This document shows, piece by piece, positions 36,274 to 50,152 of a DNA stretch of 64,000 bases (within the stretch, counting starts at the first letter, position 1; the number at the start of each line of letters is the position of its first letter). Origin of the DNA: Ramazzottius varieornatus (taxonomy: Eukaryota > Animalia > Tardigrada); contig BDGG01000002.1 in assembly GCA_001949185.1 (NCBI GenBank), forward strand, positions 837,481 through 901,480, read 5' to 3'. The notes below the pieces were generated by a model. The model saw nothing but the letters and a program-made list of their open reading frames with translations, was not told the DNA's origin and did not search any database. A program made the translations under genes and the position numbers.

Positions 36274-39200
36274 TCACAGTTCAGTCACTAGAAGGACGTT
36301 CTTTGGACGGGTCTCCAGCTGTCGAGCAGCGATCTCGTCTCTGGCTATCCGCCATTCAACGACGAAGTAGCCGAAAGCCCCCACTACCGCCATCACAGTC
36401 AGGATAACCAGCTGGTACGGTACGGACAGCACCGTCGAGTAGGCGAAGGCGATCACATTGCCAAACGACTAGAGCATTCAAACACTATCTTCAGGTTTCC
36501 GCCTTCTAGATAAGCGCTGAGAAAATATTTTTTGCAAACAAGACAGGTTCTACATTTGAAAATAAAAAAGGTAAGATTCAAAATAAAAATACTTGCCTGG
36601 TATGCTTGGAAGATGGCAAAAGCTGCTACTGGATTTTGTTGGAACAACAATCCCAACAACGCGAACAGCTACCAAGCCAAACATCAAGCTCAAAATAACT
36701 GTCGGTGAGAATATTTGGGAAGCCGGCAAACCGAATCGTTACTTCAGATCCAGAACGCTGTTTTAAAAGCGCGCACGGTCATCACTTTTGGCTCAAAACG
36801 TGCGCCACTTGAGACAACAATCTTGTATGGTTTGTTCAGCTTGCCGGCCTCCCATTTCGCAGAAGCTTAATACCGGGTTATTCCAGCCTGCGTCACCTGT
36901 ACAAAAAATGTTCTTCATTAGTTGGAACGTCAGAAGCGATGCGTCTCATATCGAGATGATCATGCCAACTAACCGAAGCCCAAAAGAACGGCGCAGATCA
37001 TGGCAACATAGGGACTAGAGATGGGTGAAAAAATCAACCTTTAGTAATTCTCTTTGTACGAGTTACAGACGGATGAGTGTTCAGCAATACTTGGGGCCAA
37101 TGTAGGACGGAGCGCTGGTCATTCCCAAGGAGGAAGTCTCAGGCAAGACCAAGAAGGCGATATAGAAGGCAAGCAGGTCGACAAGGAGAGCCAAGAGGAT
37201 ACCCAGGTCTCGCCCGTTCTTGGCCAAGTATGGACCGAGAAAAGTATACACAACGCCACCTGCATAATACGTTTCAACAAAGATACTAATGACAATCAGG
37301 AGTTGCGATTCGGGAAAGAAAGCACCGACGAGACCGTTACCCAAGCGGCGCACGTCACCATTGCCGATAGCTGCGAGGATGCGCCACTTGGAGAAACAAT
37401 CCTGCTGAGTTTATTCGTCAAAGTGGCGGACGCTTCCGGCGTTATGGGCTGGCAGCGTGCGCCTCCCGGATAAACGATTCGAGCACATACCGAGAACTTG
37501 TCCGACAGCCACGAATACACCGTTGAGGCCGACCAGGGCTTCACGAAGATCGCCGAACTGCTCGGAATAACCGAGTGCGGTGCCGTAGACACTGATGAAG
37601 AGCGTTAACGAAACTCCCATGTGAATGAAGAGTGGAGCTAGGAGAAACATGTCTTTGGACAGTGTCATCTTTAGCTCCTGATCTGCAACATCAGAAACAC
37701 CAAACTTGATATCCAACGTTGTACATCGCATTGACCAACGATACGAGGAAAACATAGCGGAGTTGTCAGGTCGAACCTTTCTGCCTGCCACTCTTCCGAT
37801 TCTTTCAATTTTTACTTGGTTTGATAATAAAAACCTAAATTCCACAGCAATTCAGAATCAGAAGATACAGATGAGCAGGAGGCAAACCGTTCGACCTGAC
37901 GACTTTACCATGCTTCACAACTCCGCTATGTTGTCCTTGTGGGTACAAACTTACAAAGAGCTTTTTTGGCGATTCGCGTCTTGGTAATCTCGCAGGGCGT
38001 CAGGCTGCGAAAATCGAACAAAAACAGAACGTAAACAAAGACAAGAATCGCACTGAGTTCAGTCCGTTTCGCCGTTTCTCTAAGGAATTTTAACAGAGTT
38101 TTAAAACGATGAACAGGTTCGTGCTCGGCACAGGCTTGTCAGCACTTTCCGTAGGGAAATTCGAGTTTTGCGGTTGCCTGGCACACCAGAACAAGAAAGA
38201 ATAATAAAATGTCACCTGTCGGAGGGAATTTGTTGTGTGAAGAAAAGCTCGTGGGACCACGGATGTTGAAGCATGGACAAGGTCAAGAAGCCCAGAACCG
38301 ACGACGGGATGATGACAGCGAAGAGCGCGTAACGCAGCTCGGTCGTGATGTGGCTGATACCCCGAGTCAGGAAAAAGTAGTAGAGATTCAGGATGATCGG
38401 CCTGCCCGACAAACAATAACCACTCAAAATACTTGCTGGACGAAAGCGAGAAGACCGAACCACATACCCGGACTGAAAAATCGCCCAATGGATCCCAGTA
38501 TTTCTAAAAGGGAGGAGGGAAGTATTCTATGAATCACCCATGAATGAATAGCTGTTTACTGTACAAACCGCCCAATAGTTTTCTCCGTGGAGTTTTCGGT
38601 GAGGAAGTGGCCAAAGACCGTCCAGCACAGACCTGAGCCGGTTCCTTGAAGCAAGGCCCCAATGTACAGGGTGATTTCTAGGGGTCGGATGTAGGCAAGG
38701 CTGGCCATCGACAAGAACACTGTAGAAAGGGAAGGTCGAGACCTGAGGTCCAGAATGAAACTGGGCCAGCGGCAACTTATTTGAACGGAATCGTTTCTTC
38801 AAGTGACGCGCCCTTCAACCAGTAGCAACGAAAGCGTGCGCCACTCAGGATATCGAACGTGTTCAGTCCATTTGCCGCCGTCCCGCGTGTGTCTGAGAAT
38901 CATTTACTTGAGCCTCCAACCATGCAGAGTTTCTGTCCAAATAGAGCTGACTGCAAAAGAAGAGCCAGAACTCCACTGCATAATTTTCCGTAAGAATTTC
39001 CCGGGAATTGTCCCGTACTTACCACGGCGGGAGCCAGCACGAAAGAGGTGGTCATTCCAACTGTAACAGAGTATCCATACCTTCGCCTGGTCTTAGAGTG
39101 AGCTTCATGAGTTAATGTCGAGAAATTTATAGCCTACCATAGCTCAATGCGAGGCAGACGTAGCCGGCGGTGGACGTTCCGACGTAATACCCGTCGTCGA

Positions 39201-39757
39201 TACTATTCAGCACTACAGCCTGCAAGCAAACAGTGATGATAATGCTAAGCACAGCGAGAACGCGAGTCTCTTTCCATCCGATGTCGGTATTCATCTGCTG
39301 TGCTTTCACACTTTACGTCAAAGCTTCAAAGCTATCAGAGGGCTCGGAAAACAGACTCTACAGCAATAACTTTCCCAAGTGGCGCAAGCTGTCAGTGTCG
39401 CACGCTACACGCGTGCGCCGCTTGGAGGAAGGTTCTGGTCTAGTTCTGCCAGCTTTGAGTCCCTTGAACCAGCTTCACATAATAAGTTGACATTCAACCA
39501 TACTTCGTCGTTCTTTTGACTCGACCTCTTTTTACCTGCACTTGCTGTGTACAGTGGAACGCTCCGAATGTGAACATGAAACCAAAGCCAAGGACAAGGA
39601 TGTTGAAGAATCGCTTGTCGAAACAGAGGAAGCGTCCCGTAACTCCACTCGGTGTCACCGGCTCGGCTGCCGGATACGTCGAAATCATTTGCAAACTGCC
39701 ACGCGGCAGCTGCTTCGATTCTACCTCGTCCATTGTTTGCTTCATCTCAACCAGCAT
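36274..39757 (-). CDS. MFSD11: UNC93-like MFS protein
   Basis: Multi-exon. FNILVLGFGFMFTFGAF, GYVCLALSY, LTENSTEKTIGR, KDMFLL...SVYGTALG, LVGLNGVF, AFAIFQ, AFAYS...YQLVIL...VEW follow the order of MFSD11. Confidence 0.9.
36765..39428. repeat. Four separate intronic palindrome loci in MFSD11 introns (~36770, 37342-37470 pair, ~38800, ~39376)
   Basis: Same arms with 23-25-nt spacers. Confidence 0.75.
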
Positions 39758-40554
39758 CTACACCCACCGAATGCAGAAAATGGATAAAATTCATAAACCG
39801 GAAACATGGTCTCCTTTGGACAGAAAATCGAACAGCTTCAAAATTCTAGGTCCTTATTGCTCTGTCAAAAGACCTTTTCGAGTGCCGCCTATCCGAGCCA
39901 ATATTCCTTATCAGAGCTCCTTTTATGGTTCCGCCAGACTTGACGAGTCACCGTCAGTCGCCGCGAAGGACGGCTGGCCTTTGTCGATTTAGAGCAAGCA
40001 ACACTAGGGGAAAACGTCTTACCGGCAAAGCAGCCTCTTCGGCTGGGGAAGGTTCCGGCTCCCCTCCCCCTTCACCAGTCCTCCTTCCGGGACTATAAAG
40101 CCACCCCCAAAACAGAACGTTCCGAACTCTTCATAAGCAACCAAAAGATGCATATCATCCAAAGATCCAACTAGGAAATACGTAAATCTTACAGCAATCA
40201 GCTGTAGATTGGCATCTCATACTTCATGGCGGATATTTGATGAGTCATCGCTGCTGGTACCGACACTGGCGCCATCTCAAGTGGACTGCTGTATGGAATG
40301 ACGTCATGGAACTTCATGTTTCGAGCGAACAAAACGAATCATTCTACGGCAGCTCCATGGAACTTTCAGAACCGAACGAACGGCCGTGCTGCTTCACTTT
40401 AGTTTTCGGTGAATATAAAATCAATTGAATCCTTTTCGACTTCTCTTCGCAAAATAGTTTCTGCTGCGCGTTTCATTTGCATTCCACCGCGAGCTGCAAG
40501 GAGGATTGAGTTGGCTTACCTTGGTCTACATCGCCAGGATCTCAACAGACGAGA

Positions 40555-43000
40555 ATGGACAACCGACTGGAGCTCGAGCGTCGTGGAAGGGAACCGCACA
40601 AGGTATGTTGAAGTAGAGCCGTAATCTGGTGCTTTTTTGCAGGGCAGATTCTTCGACCCAACGCGAGCACTTTGAACTTCTTCGCTGCAGCCCTCACGAA
40701 GTGTGCTGTCCTTTCAAGAGAAGCGGAGGATCATGAGAGGCTGTGGTGCGAGAGTTCCGTCTGTGGAACAGTCGTCGTCGTATAATGGTGACGGGGCGAA
40801 CGGATAGAATTCCACGATCCATCCAGGGGTCCGTTTCACTTCTGGAAGGATTCAAATCGTACTGAAAGATGCAGCGTTGAAATCTGTCCAGAGCTTTAGC
40901 ACGTTGGGATGACGGTCGGGAACACGAAAAGTTTTACTATTGAATTAGTCCGATATTTACTATGGGAATTGTTCCGTACAGTAGGCGATCGTCATGCGCC
41001 ACAGCTAACAGTGTGCAAATGCTACAGACTGAGAGAGCGGTGTAGGCGAACTTTTACCGCAGGCATACGCCGGTGTTTTGCTGGAGTAGGAGGACAGGCA
41101 GCGAAAACAAATCAATGCAGCTTTGATGATTAGCCTAGAGCTTGATTGGTTGAAAGGAGAGGCTTTCTCGGGTAAGGCCTCGGTGCTGTTGCAGACATTC
41201 GAAGCACAACCTGGATGGATGTCTCGGGTTTCTTCCGCTGGATGACATCTAAGCTTCAAAGAAGCTCACATCTTGTTATTCCGTTTTAGGTGAAAAGAAT
41301 GACACTGGACAACTGCCGGTCACAGACGACGAACGGAATCAGCGAGAACCTGGCCCAGTACAGCAATTTAGAGTCGTTGAGTATGATCAATGCCGGATTG
41401 ACCACACTGAAAGGCTTCCCCAGATTACCCAACCTGAAAAAGGTATGTTCTTACTCTCTTGTTAGTCAGACTTCTTGTGGGTAAATCGTTTTGTTGGATT
41501 CTAGTTGGATATTAGCGATAACAGACTAGCAGGCGGGCTGAATCACGTGACGGAAGTCTGTCCGAAATTGGAAACTCTATTCTTGGGCGGAAACCGCTTC
41601 AGAGACCTGGACTCACTAGAACCCCTGGTACGAAACTTTTTAATTCTTTTATTCCAGCCTGTTTGATGATTTGGCCATCAGAAATAATTTTTTCAGCTAG
41701 AAGACGCTGAAGCTGTGGAAACGTTGATAGTTTTGGCTCCCGTTTATATGAGGTTAATCTAAAAAGTGCGTAATTTTGAGGAGTCGAACTGCCTCTTCCG
41801 CCTTCGCATGTGGACAGCTACACCACTGCGCCGCCCGTAAAATGGTTTCGTTGGCACAGTGGTGCAGCTGCGCGTCTTCTGATGTAGAGGTTGACGGTTC
41901 AGTCCTATGATTTAACCGTTTTTCAATGTGGGTTTCATTTTGGGTTGCAGAAGCAGCTGAAAGATTTAAAGCATCTGGACATGATGAACTGCGACATTGT
42001 AGCGCTGGACGACTACCGGCAGAAGATCTTTGACTTTCTGCCGCAGTTAGTCGATCTCGATAGTTTGGATCGAGAGAACAACGAAGTGCTGGACGACGAT
42101 GGTATGGATGGATCAGAGAACGAAGAGGAGGACGACGAGGACGACGTGGCGGATGGCGACTCGGATGAAGATGTCGAAAATCACAATGGCCAAGAAAACG
42201 ACGAGAATCATTACGCCTACGCCAATGGTGTCGACCAAGAAGAAAGTAACGAAGGCTCCGAAATGGACAATAATGACGGTAAATTCTAAACGGGAATTTT
42301 GATATGGAATATTTGACAAAAGTCGAAACGCACATATATTCCAGATGAGGAAGAGGAGGAAGAAGAATCCGATCAAGGTGAAGAGCACATACCGGTAAGT
42401 GGAATATCTAGCGTTGATGTTGATTGAGTTGCTCTGTAAGCTGAGCGACGCTTTGTCCTTGTAGCCGCCCCTACAGATGCACTATCCGACCATAACACTA
42501 GACGAGGAAGATGATGAAGAGGAAAACGAGGATGAAGACAATGATGAAGGTAATTCTTTACTACTTTCCATTTGGCTTTCAGAAATGAAAGTTTTTTGCA
42601 CTCGTCAGCATTGCTGCCGTTTGTCTGTGATAAAAATGCTACAGCGTTGGAACGGCTCTCGATCGCTTAGAAATCTCAGACGTAATTGACTGACTGAGAT
42701 TTTTTCGCAGGCGAGGAGCACGAAGGCGCGATGGAGGACGAAGAGGATGATGATGATGATGACGACGACGACGACGACGAAGATGAAGAAAATGGTAAGA
42801 TCCAGTTTTGTTCTACATTGACACACTCAGTATCTGTCAGCTTCTGATGCTGTTTTTTGGTTTGTCTAGAAACAGTCGAACAAGCCGTTGTCCAGTCGTC
42901 GGAGGTTGGGTCTCGGGGACTCAAGCGTGCCCATTCTGAAGAGGAAGAAGACGAGCTGCAGGATGACGATGAGGACGACATACAGGAGATAGAAGGATGA
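40555..43000 (+). CDS. ANP32: Acidic leucine-rich nuclear phosphoprotein 32 (Mapmodulin-like)
   Basis: Exons ~40555-40602, 41290-41442, 41505-41627, 41951-42278, 42345-42394, 42465-42549, 42711-42794, 42870-43000. LDNCRS, LTTLKGFPRLPNLKKLDISDNR, YRQKIF, long D/E tail, RGLKR putative NLS. Confidence 0.93.
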
Positions 43001-43845
43001 CATAAGGGGGACAATCCTGGTGTCGCTTGACATAGTTCTCGTTTTTGCTACAGAAACAGTAGTATTGTTTTTCCTGACTTCGGCACGGCCTTGTGTGCCC
43101 GGAGATGTTTACCATATTACCCTTCTTCCTCTTCTCTCTTGGTGCAGACTGAACCAATGCCTGAATATTCTCCAGTAATTTTTGAGTACGACGAATCAAA
43201 ACGTTGCTGTATATTGTACTTTCCTGTTGTGTCAAGCCTGTCCTGTTTTTTTGGTCGTCTGGTTGCGCTGCGAAATTTACCATCAGATTGTTTTCCGATC
43301 TATTTTCTTCTTCTTACCCGACACGAAGGTGCCTAATTTGCATTCTTCCGCCTTTAACTGGAAATCTATGGTATAAGTTTTGTGGCTGGTGGAAAAGAGA
43401 CCAATAAAACCTAGAACCGAAAACCCCCCGGAATGTCCGCACGGTGCCGGTCACAGAGTATACCTAGGGGATGACATTGCCATTCACGAAGGGTTTCTTC
43501 TCCCACTCCTGCATACTACTCTGCACAGTGTCCGAACGGCGTCTGTATGCAGGTGCTCGACGTTGGCTTACTCCACTGCCGCTGTTCGTCGATCACCATC
43601 ACCTGCTTACCAACTTTTTAAATATTTCGTATTCCTCTACACGAGTTGTCTTTGGAAATAAAATCAGCAGCTAACGACTCACACAAGCAAGAATCATGCA
43701 AAAAGCTGCATAAATGCCACAGAAACAAATACAACACCTACAACAGTATAATTCATTAAAACGCGAAAGGTGAGCATGACAGCGACATCGTACAGAGACA
43801 AGATCACGAAAGCAAAACGTTGAACATGCCTGGTCTTACTCAAAC

Positions 43846-46800
43846 TCAGTCTTGCAGTTCCTCTTGGCTAAACTGTGGGGCGAACTGGACGCGCATAGTG
43901 TTAGTGAAGCCGGAGCCTTGTTGCCAGCCCGTCACCATCACCACCGGATCGCCAGCCTTGACCACCCCGCGACGCAGGGCCACCTTCATGCCGTGATAGA
44001 CGCGGGCTTCGACGTCCATCAGCCAATCAGACATCTTCTCAGCTAAAACACATGGACCTCAACGTGGGACTATGAAGATGATGAAACCACGGTAGCAACT
44101 TACCGCTGTAAAAGACTGGGAAGATTCCCCGGTGTAGATGAAGACATCTGGAGACACCTTCAAAGCGACTGACCGCTATGATGGGGCATTTCGGTCTGTA
44201 CACTGCAATGGCGGCTGCTGACCTGCAAAGTAAGAGCGAGTGAGAAGAAGCTTCACGCCAAAATAGTTAGATACACATCAAACCGAGAGCTCGAAGAAAA
44301 ATTCAACACAGTTGTTTTCCCAAGTGACGCATACAACCGTTGTTGTTGCTTAGAAGCGTGCGCCAGTTGGAGAGTCAATCTCGTCCAGTTTGACTGTTTT
44401 CCCACGTGGCGCTTTTATTGGCTGGGAACCGCGCGCCACTTGAACAAAAATACTTTGAGCTTGACTGTTTAGCCACTTACGCTCCGGAGGTGGTGAGCGT
44501 GATGATTGCCGTTGCTCCGCATCGAACCGACGCTTCGACGGCAGCGACGGCGGTGGTTGTAGTGATGTCAGCGGGTATGGGGATGGTCCTTCGGATTTCT
44601 TCGAAAAAGCGGTTGTGAAAAATGGCGTTCTCGGCTTCCAGGCTGATCTTGGCCATCATCTTCACAGCTTCCAGCGGATACTGTCCCTTGGCTGTTTCAC
44701 CCGACAACATGACACAGTCCGCGCCGTCCAGCACGGCGTTAGCCACGTCTGATACTTCTGCGCGCGTTGGACGAGGCTTGTCCACCATACTTTCCAACAT
44801 CTGCACAGAAAACGCAAACTCTCCACAAGAATCTCACGAGTCTGCATACTGGCTCATACAATAATCCGTGACAGCTGCTGTATGCAGGTCCGTGAGAAGC
44901 GTCTCCTCTCACCATCTCAATCACCTACATACTTCATTCCACTGCACGTACGTGACACAGTGTATCCAGGAACGTGCAAAAGACTGCCCGATTTCGTGCA
45001 AATGCAATTTCAACGGGACGAAAAAGTCGGAAAATGGATTCTTCCTACCTGTGTAGCGCAAATGATGGGTTTGCCAGCCTTGTTCGCTCTGCCAATCATC
45101 ATCTTCTGCGCGGTGAAGACCTTCTCGGGCGGAATCTCGATGCCCATGTCCCCTCGCGCAACCATCAGGCCGTCGCTCTCCCGTAGAATCTCGTCGAGGC
45201 TACAAAGTGGAAAGTTGGACTTCTTCGGATCTTCACTGACATCACAGTAGCAACCAATAAGTCCAGAATCCCGAAAGTCTCACTTTTGGATGCCCTGAAG
45301 GTTCTCGATTTTCGAGATGATCTTGATGTGCTTGCCATCTTCACCGAGGATCTCCCGAATGGCTTTCACACCGTTGGCGTCTCGGATAAACGAGGCGAAA
45401 ATCATGTCCAGCTAGAAGATATACAGCTGCACGAATAATGTCCAGAAGAATTCAGCGAGGATCAACAGTAAGTTCGGCCTACAAACTCGGCAGGATCGTT
45501 ATCTGAACTGGCGCACCATTCTCTGGTTTTTAGCTAGCATCGTGCGCCACTGGGGAAAACGATCTTGTTGGGCCTGACTGCTTTGTCAAGTGGCGCACGG
45601 TTTCCACGTTACTGGCTGGAAGCGTGTGTCACTTGACATGAAGGAACTTATCGACCTTATTCGCCGAGCTCGCCACTTACGCCCTGTTCGACGGCGAAAC
45701 GGATATCCAGCTTGTCCCTGTCTGAGACAGCCGGAAGATCGACGGCAGTTTCCGGAAGATTAACACCTTTATGACTGCCCAGCTTGCCGCCGTTCTCCAT
45801 CGTGCACTCCAAGTCGTTTCCCTCTACAAACCAGAACACACATCAGAACTTCAAAACCGAAACTACGATGAGTTTGATTTAAGGCTATTTTCCCACCGAT
45901 CTTATCGACGTTAAGGCATAGCAAGCCGTCATCGATGAAGATTTTGCCGCCGACTTTGACCACCTTAGCGATATTCTTGTAGTCGATGTAGATCAGTTCG
46001 GTGGTGCACTTAGCCTTGTATGCATCGTCGGTAGTGATGCGAATCTTCTGGCCCTGCTTCAAGACAATATCCTTGTTCTCCTCGCCGGCCAAGATGCCCG
46101 TACGGATTTCCGGGCCTTTGGTGTCCAGAGCGATGGCCACCAAGTTGTACTCTTTGCCCGGCATCGAGGCTTTGGCTTGCCTGACGATCTTGATCGTCTC
46201 TCCATGATACTGGAAAAGGATAACAGCAATTATAAGCCAACTGGGAAAATCACCGCAGAGGACCAGGCTGTGGAATCTGCGAAGGACGAACCCGCGAGTG
46301 GCGACCAGCCGACCATCAGTCAGTTGTTTACGATTTACATGTGAGCTACCCGAAGGTTGGTGGTTCGATTCTCCGAAAAGGTCGCTTTTTGCGGTTCAAG
46401 TTGCTAGCTTAAGTTTTTCTTTACCGATCTTTCTAGAGAAAACCAGTATTTTCATTGGTTTTACAATTTTCACGGACTCTAGAAATGTACGACTCATACA
46501 GCCGTCATGGGTAAGCGTCACCCCTTGGTCTTCCGTTGCTTCCTTGTATATCATGATCCTGTCGAACGACCTCGACGATTCAAACGGTATCAAGTTACCA
46601 GGGTGGCGTTAACCCCATCCTGATAATTATCACTTGTTAGAGCACACTCAACTTTCTGCTCACGTGACCTGCTCAGTCAATCAACCGGCATCGATGCGCG
46701 GTTTGAAGAAGGAAAATATCGGACATCAATTTGACCGCCTATTTCCCGTCATGTGACATACTCACAGGAAAACCTAAACGGCCAAAATGTAGCCTCAGCG

Positions 46801-48078
46801 ATGCAGCGGTGCTGTATAGACAGCGGCGAAAGAGATCTCTCGCAGAAAGTTCTTGGGAAATTTTTCCACATGGGAACTGCAACCCATTTCGCAGTGTTTT
46901 TTTGGATGGGTGACTTCCAATTTGAATATCTTCCGTCTTGCTCATCCGATCTCTCCAAACACAAATCCATGAACAGCAGAACGTTTGCTCTATCGAACAT
47001 GGATTTTCGGCATAAAATCAACAGATGAGGAACAATGAAAATGATCTGTTTGATTTCCACAGGAAAGTGGGCTGTAGTTTCCATGGGGAAACTTCCGTAA
47101 GGCATTTTTGCGAGAGATCTCTTTTGCCGCTGTCTATGCAACACCGTTTAGGTTTTCCCCTAAGTGTGTCACGTGACGGGAGGTACGCGGTCAAAAATGT
47201 CCCACATTTCTTTGTTCAACCGACGCAAGGACGTATTGAGGTTGGCCGGACGGGGCCGCAAACTTTGCAGATCCGCAGTTTTCTTCTCAGATCCTATGAA
47301 AAATTGCAGATCCGCAACTTTAAAATCGCAAAAGTTCCGCAATGGCAGAGTTGCCGCCCCTTTTCATAGTACTGTATACTCTCCCGAAATTCACGTACGT
47401 CACTCCATTCAGAGTGTAAAACTAGACGGTAAGACCCCAATGATTTGAGAGTCAGTGACGTACGTGAATTTCGGGAGAGCATACAGTACGTCTTTGAAAC
47501 AACGCATCGGTACCTGTTGATTGACTGAGCAGCTGAACCACCTGCCACGTGATCAGAGTATGTAAGCTCTAAGTTAAGGAATACCTTTTGAATCGTCAAG
47601 ATCGGACCGTCGGACGACGGGACGGGACAATGAGAAACAAGAAAGCGACAAGAAACTAGGGGATAACACTAACCCCTGACCGTGACTGTAGTTTCTCCTA
47701 AAGGCGAGATTTCAGCACAGGCCTGTTTGCCGGAAGAAGTTACCTCGTGGGAGCCGTGGGAGAAGTTCAGGCGCGCAATGTTCATACCCGCTTTCATCAT
47801 TTCCTGCAGAATTTCCACCGTTCGGCATGCTGGACCTGCATCGCAAAATCACTCAGTCTCATCACCCAGAGTCTCCACCTCACTTTTGGTCTCGAGAAGG
47901 CTGATGGGGGAACAGAGTAACAAAGTGGACGCTTACCGAGAGTGCAGACGATGCCGGTCATGCGATGCACTTGCGGCTTCTTAGCGATGTCCAGACTGCA
48001 GACATGCTCCAGATGCGACGTGACCGTGTCCCTGTGGATAGGAGGTTGCAGCATCTGTGAACCGAGAAAAGACGACAT
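43846..48078 (-). CDS. PK: Pyruvate kinase
   Basis: [102 protein letters not shown]; about nine coding exons; N-terminus uncertain. Confidence 0.97.
44320..45636. repeat. Two tandem-pair palindrome loci in PK introns (44320-44443 and 45505-45636)
   Basis: Same arms; unit period 82 bp in both; second unit at 44406 has a shortened spacer. Confidence 0.78.
46709..47213. mobile_element. Fold-back element with ~170-bp imperfect inverted arms in a PK intron
   Basis: GGAAAACCTAAACGG / CCGTTTAGGTTTTCC and ATAGACAGCGGCGAAAGAGATCTCTCGCA / TGCGAGAGATCTCTTTTGCCGCTGTCTAT mirror each other. Confidence 0.8.
47369..47489. mobile_element. Small MITE/hairpin in a PK intron
   Basis: 36-bp near-perfect arms GTACTGTAT(A/G)CTCTCCCGAAATTCACGTACGTCACT. 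Confidence 0.8.
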
Positions 48079-49021
48079 GAGTGGGTCAGTAGGGGAGACG
48101 GAAGTCGATGTAAAAAGTCACCGGAAGTTAAGACAATTGAACAAACAATTTTCGATCTGAAAATATTATCATCCTTTCAGCGCGTCTTACTGCGGTAATA
48201 ACAAAACCGGTTTTGATGGCGAGAAACTGCCGAGTGGTGTCGATTGCCTGTACAGATAGTTGGTGGTAAAAGGTAGAAGTGACTAAGCGTCTAGCGAAGG
48301 AAAAGCGCATAAAGGCAGGATCATAATCATTTCCAGTTTGACAACTTGCTGCTGCTCATTGAACAACCTGCAATAGAAAGATGTAAATACTTACTCTGGA
48401 ACTTATCTCCTAAGCGATAAGCTCTCGCAAGACAGCGGTCCGCGGGTTGGGAGGGTCAGAGCAGGCAGGCAAAGGGAACACTGGAAAGGAAACAAAGAAT
48501 TAGAATTTGGGATCATTCCGGAATTGGTCGAGGTGAGGGGAACAGCACACAAGTCCATGATCTCCTACCTTTTCCACTTTCTGATGCAGACAGGTGTAGA
48601 GGCTGCTCGGTAGCCGATCCAAACTTCCGCAGGCTGCAGTTCACGTAAGCTTGCCAAAGAATTATCCCACTCTTCCAGAAAGATTTTTTACCTCCTCTTT
48701 GCTCGCAATGATTCCGCCCAGCTGATATCTAACCAAAAGGTGGGACACGGCCCTGACGTACTGCCCGTGCCCTTCAGGAACTGCCAACAAGTCCGTGTCG
48801 TATACCCTGAGAGTAAGTGTGTTCCGCACAGACGTGTGAGTGTGCCAGCTTGATGCCAGTAAGGTCCGCGCGTCGGTCCCTCAGACCCCTGTCGAACTTG
48901 ATTGACCCTCTTGTGTTGATTGATCCCCGCAGACCCCACACGGAAACGGTTGAATTTTGCGATCTGGATTCCTGATTTTTCTCAGCTTCCGGATTCTTCC
49001 CACCTGATCTGGAAGTTCAAA

Positions 49022-50152
49022 ATGACGGCGTGTTCCGCTAACCAGGATCTGGACTGTCATATGAAGGAGCTGACCAAGGAGGACAAATTAGACATCCACT
49101 TTCCAGATGTCTGTCGATCAAACGACGAAGAGCAGCCCAGCAGGAAGCCCACCGACCAGAATGACTTGGCATTACTCCTCCGGACAATCAACTTCGCGGC
49201 ACAGAAGCACTCGTTCCAGCGCAGGAAAGACCCTGAAAAGACGCCGTACATTAACCATCCTATCGGTGTAGCGCATATTCTAGCGTCCGAAGGTGGGATC
49301 ACCGATGTCAAAGTTTTACAGGTTTGTTATTTGTTGAAATACTCTCCTTCGGACCTGGCGGAGTGGTTGGAGACCCATTTCTCTTCCAGGCAGCCATCCT
49401 CCACGATACCGTGGAGGATACAGACACAACACTGGACGAAATCGAGGAGGAATTCGGCGCGACGATTCGTCATACAGTCGAAGAGGTATTGTGCATTACA
49501 ACTCAGAAGCTGTTATACAAAGCGGGGCTCCGGCTTTGCATTTGATGCGCAGGCCTGCCTTGTTTTCTAATCTATTGAACCAAGTGTGAAAGTAGCATGG
49601 TGCGCGGTTGCTTGAGCTAGTCTTTGTGACGTCTTCGTTAACTGGAGGGGCCATGCACCGCGATAACGTCAGAGTGCGGTTGGTGCGGAAACTGTCAAGA
49701 TGGGCGCTACATCGACTAATTTGTGTAGATTCCAGCCCACTATTACATGCTCAGCAAACTATTTAGTTTGGTTTTTCTATATTGTTCGTAAATGTTAAAC
49801 GAAGTCAATTGTTTTCCCGTAGGTTACCGATAAGAAAGCGTTGTCCTATCAAGAGAGAAAGGCCCACCAGATCGCTCGAGCCCCGCTTGTGTCGGAAAGA
49901 GCCAAGCTGGTCAAGCTGGGTGATAAACTGCATAATCTACGCGATCTTCAACGAGTTCGACCGGTGGACTGGTCGCAAGAGCGCGTCCACCAATACTTCA
50001 TATGGTCGGGCAAGGTTATTGAGGGGCTGATAGGAACCAACTTACCTTTGGAAGAGAAGCTTCGGCAGTTACTGGCCACCGAAGATGTGATATTGCCGAC
50101 AGAGCGTAAAGCTTTATCGATCTTAGAACCTTCCGTTTCTCCTTCTCTGTGA
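49022..50152 (+). CDS. HDDC3: MESH1 HD-domain ppGpp/NADPH phosphatase
   Basis: Exons 49022-49321, 49390-49485, 49823-50152. FAAQKH..QRRKD...PYINHPIGVA, AAILHDTVEDT, VKLGDKLHNLRD. Confidence 0.95.

Noticed and set aside
40495-40520. RRIEL peptide upstream of the ANP32 start resembling its N-terminus
   Set aside because: Different frame and only five residues; probably chance.
42740-42790. (GAT)n/(GAC)n microsatellite and poly-Ser antisense ORFs
   Set aside because: This is the acidic tail of ANP32.
49022-50152. MESH1 as a bacterial SpoT transfer or contamination
   Set aside because: MESH1 is a standard metazoan gene and here has spliceosomal introns.
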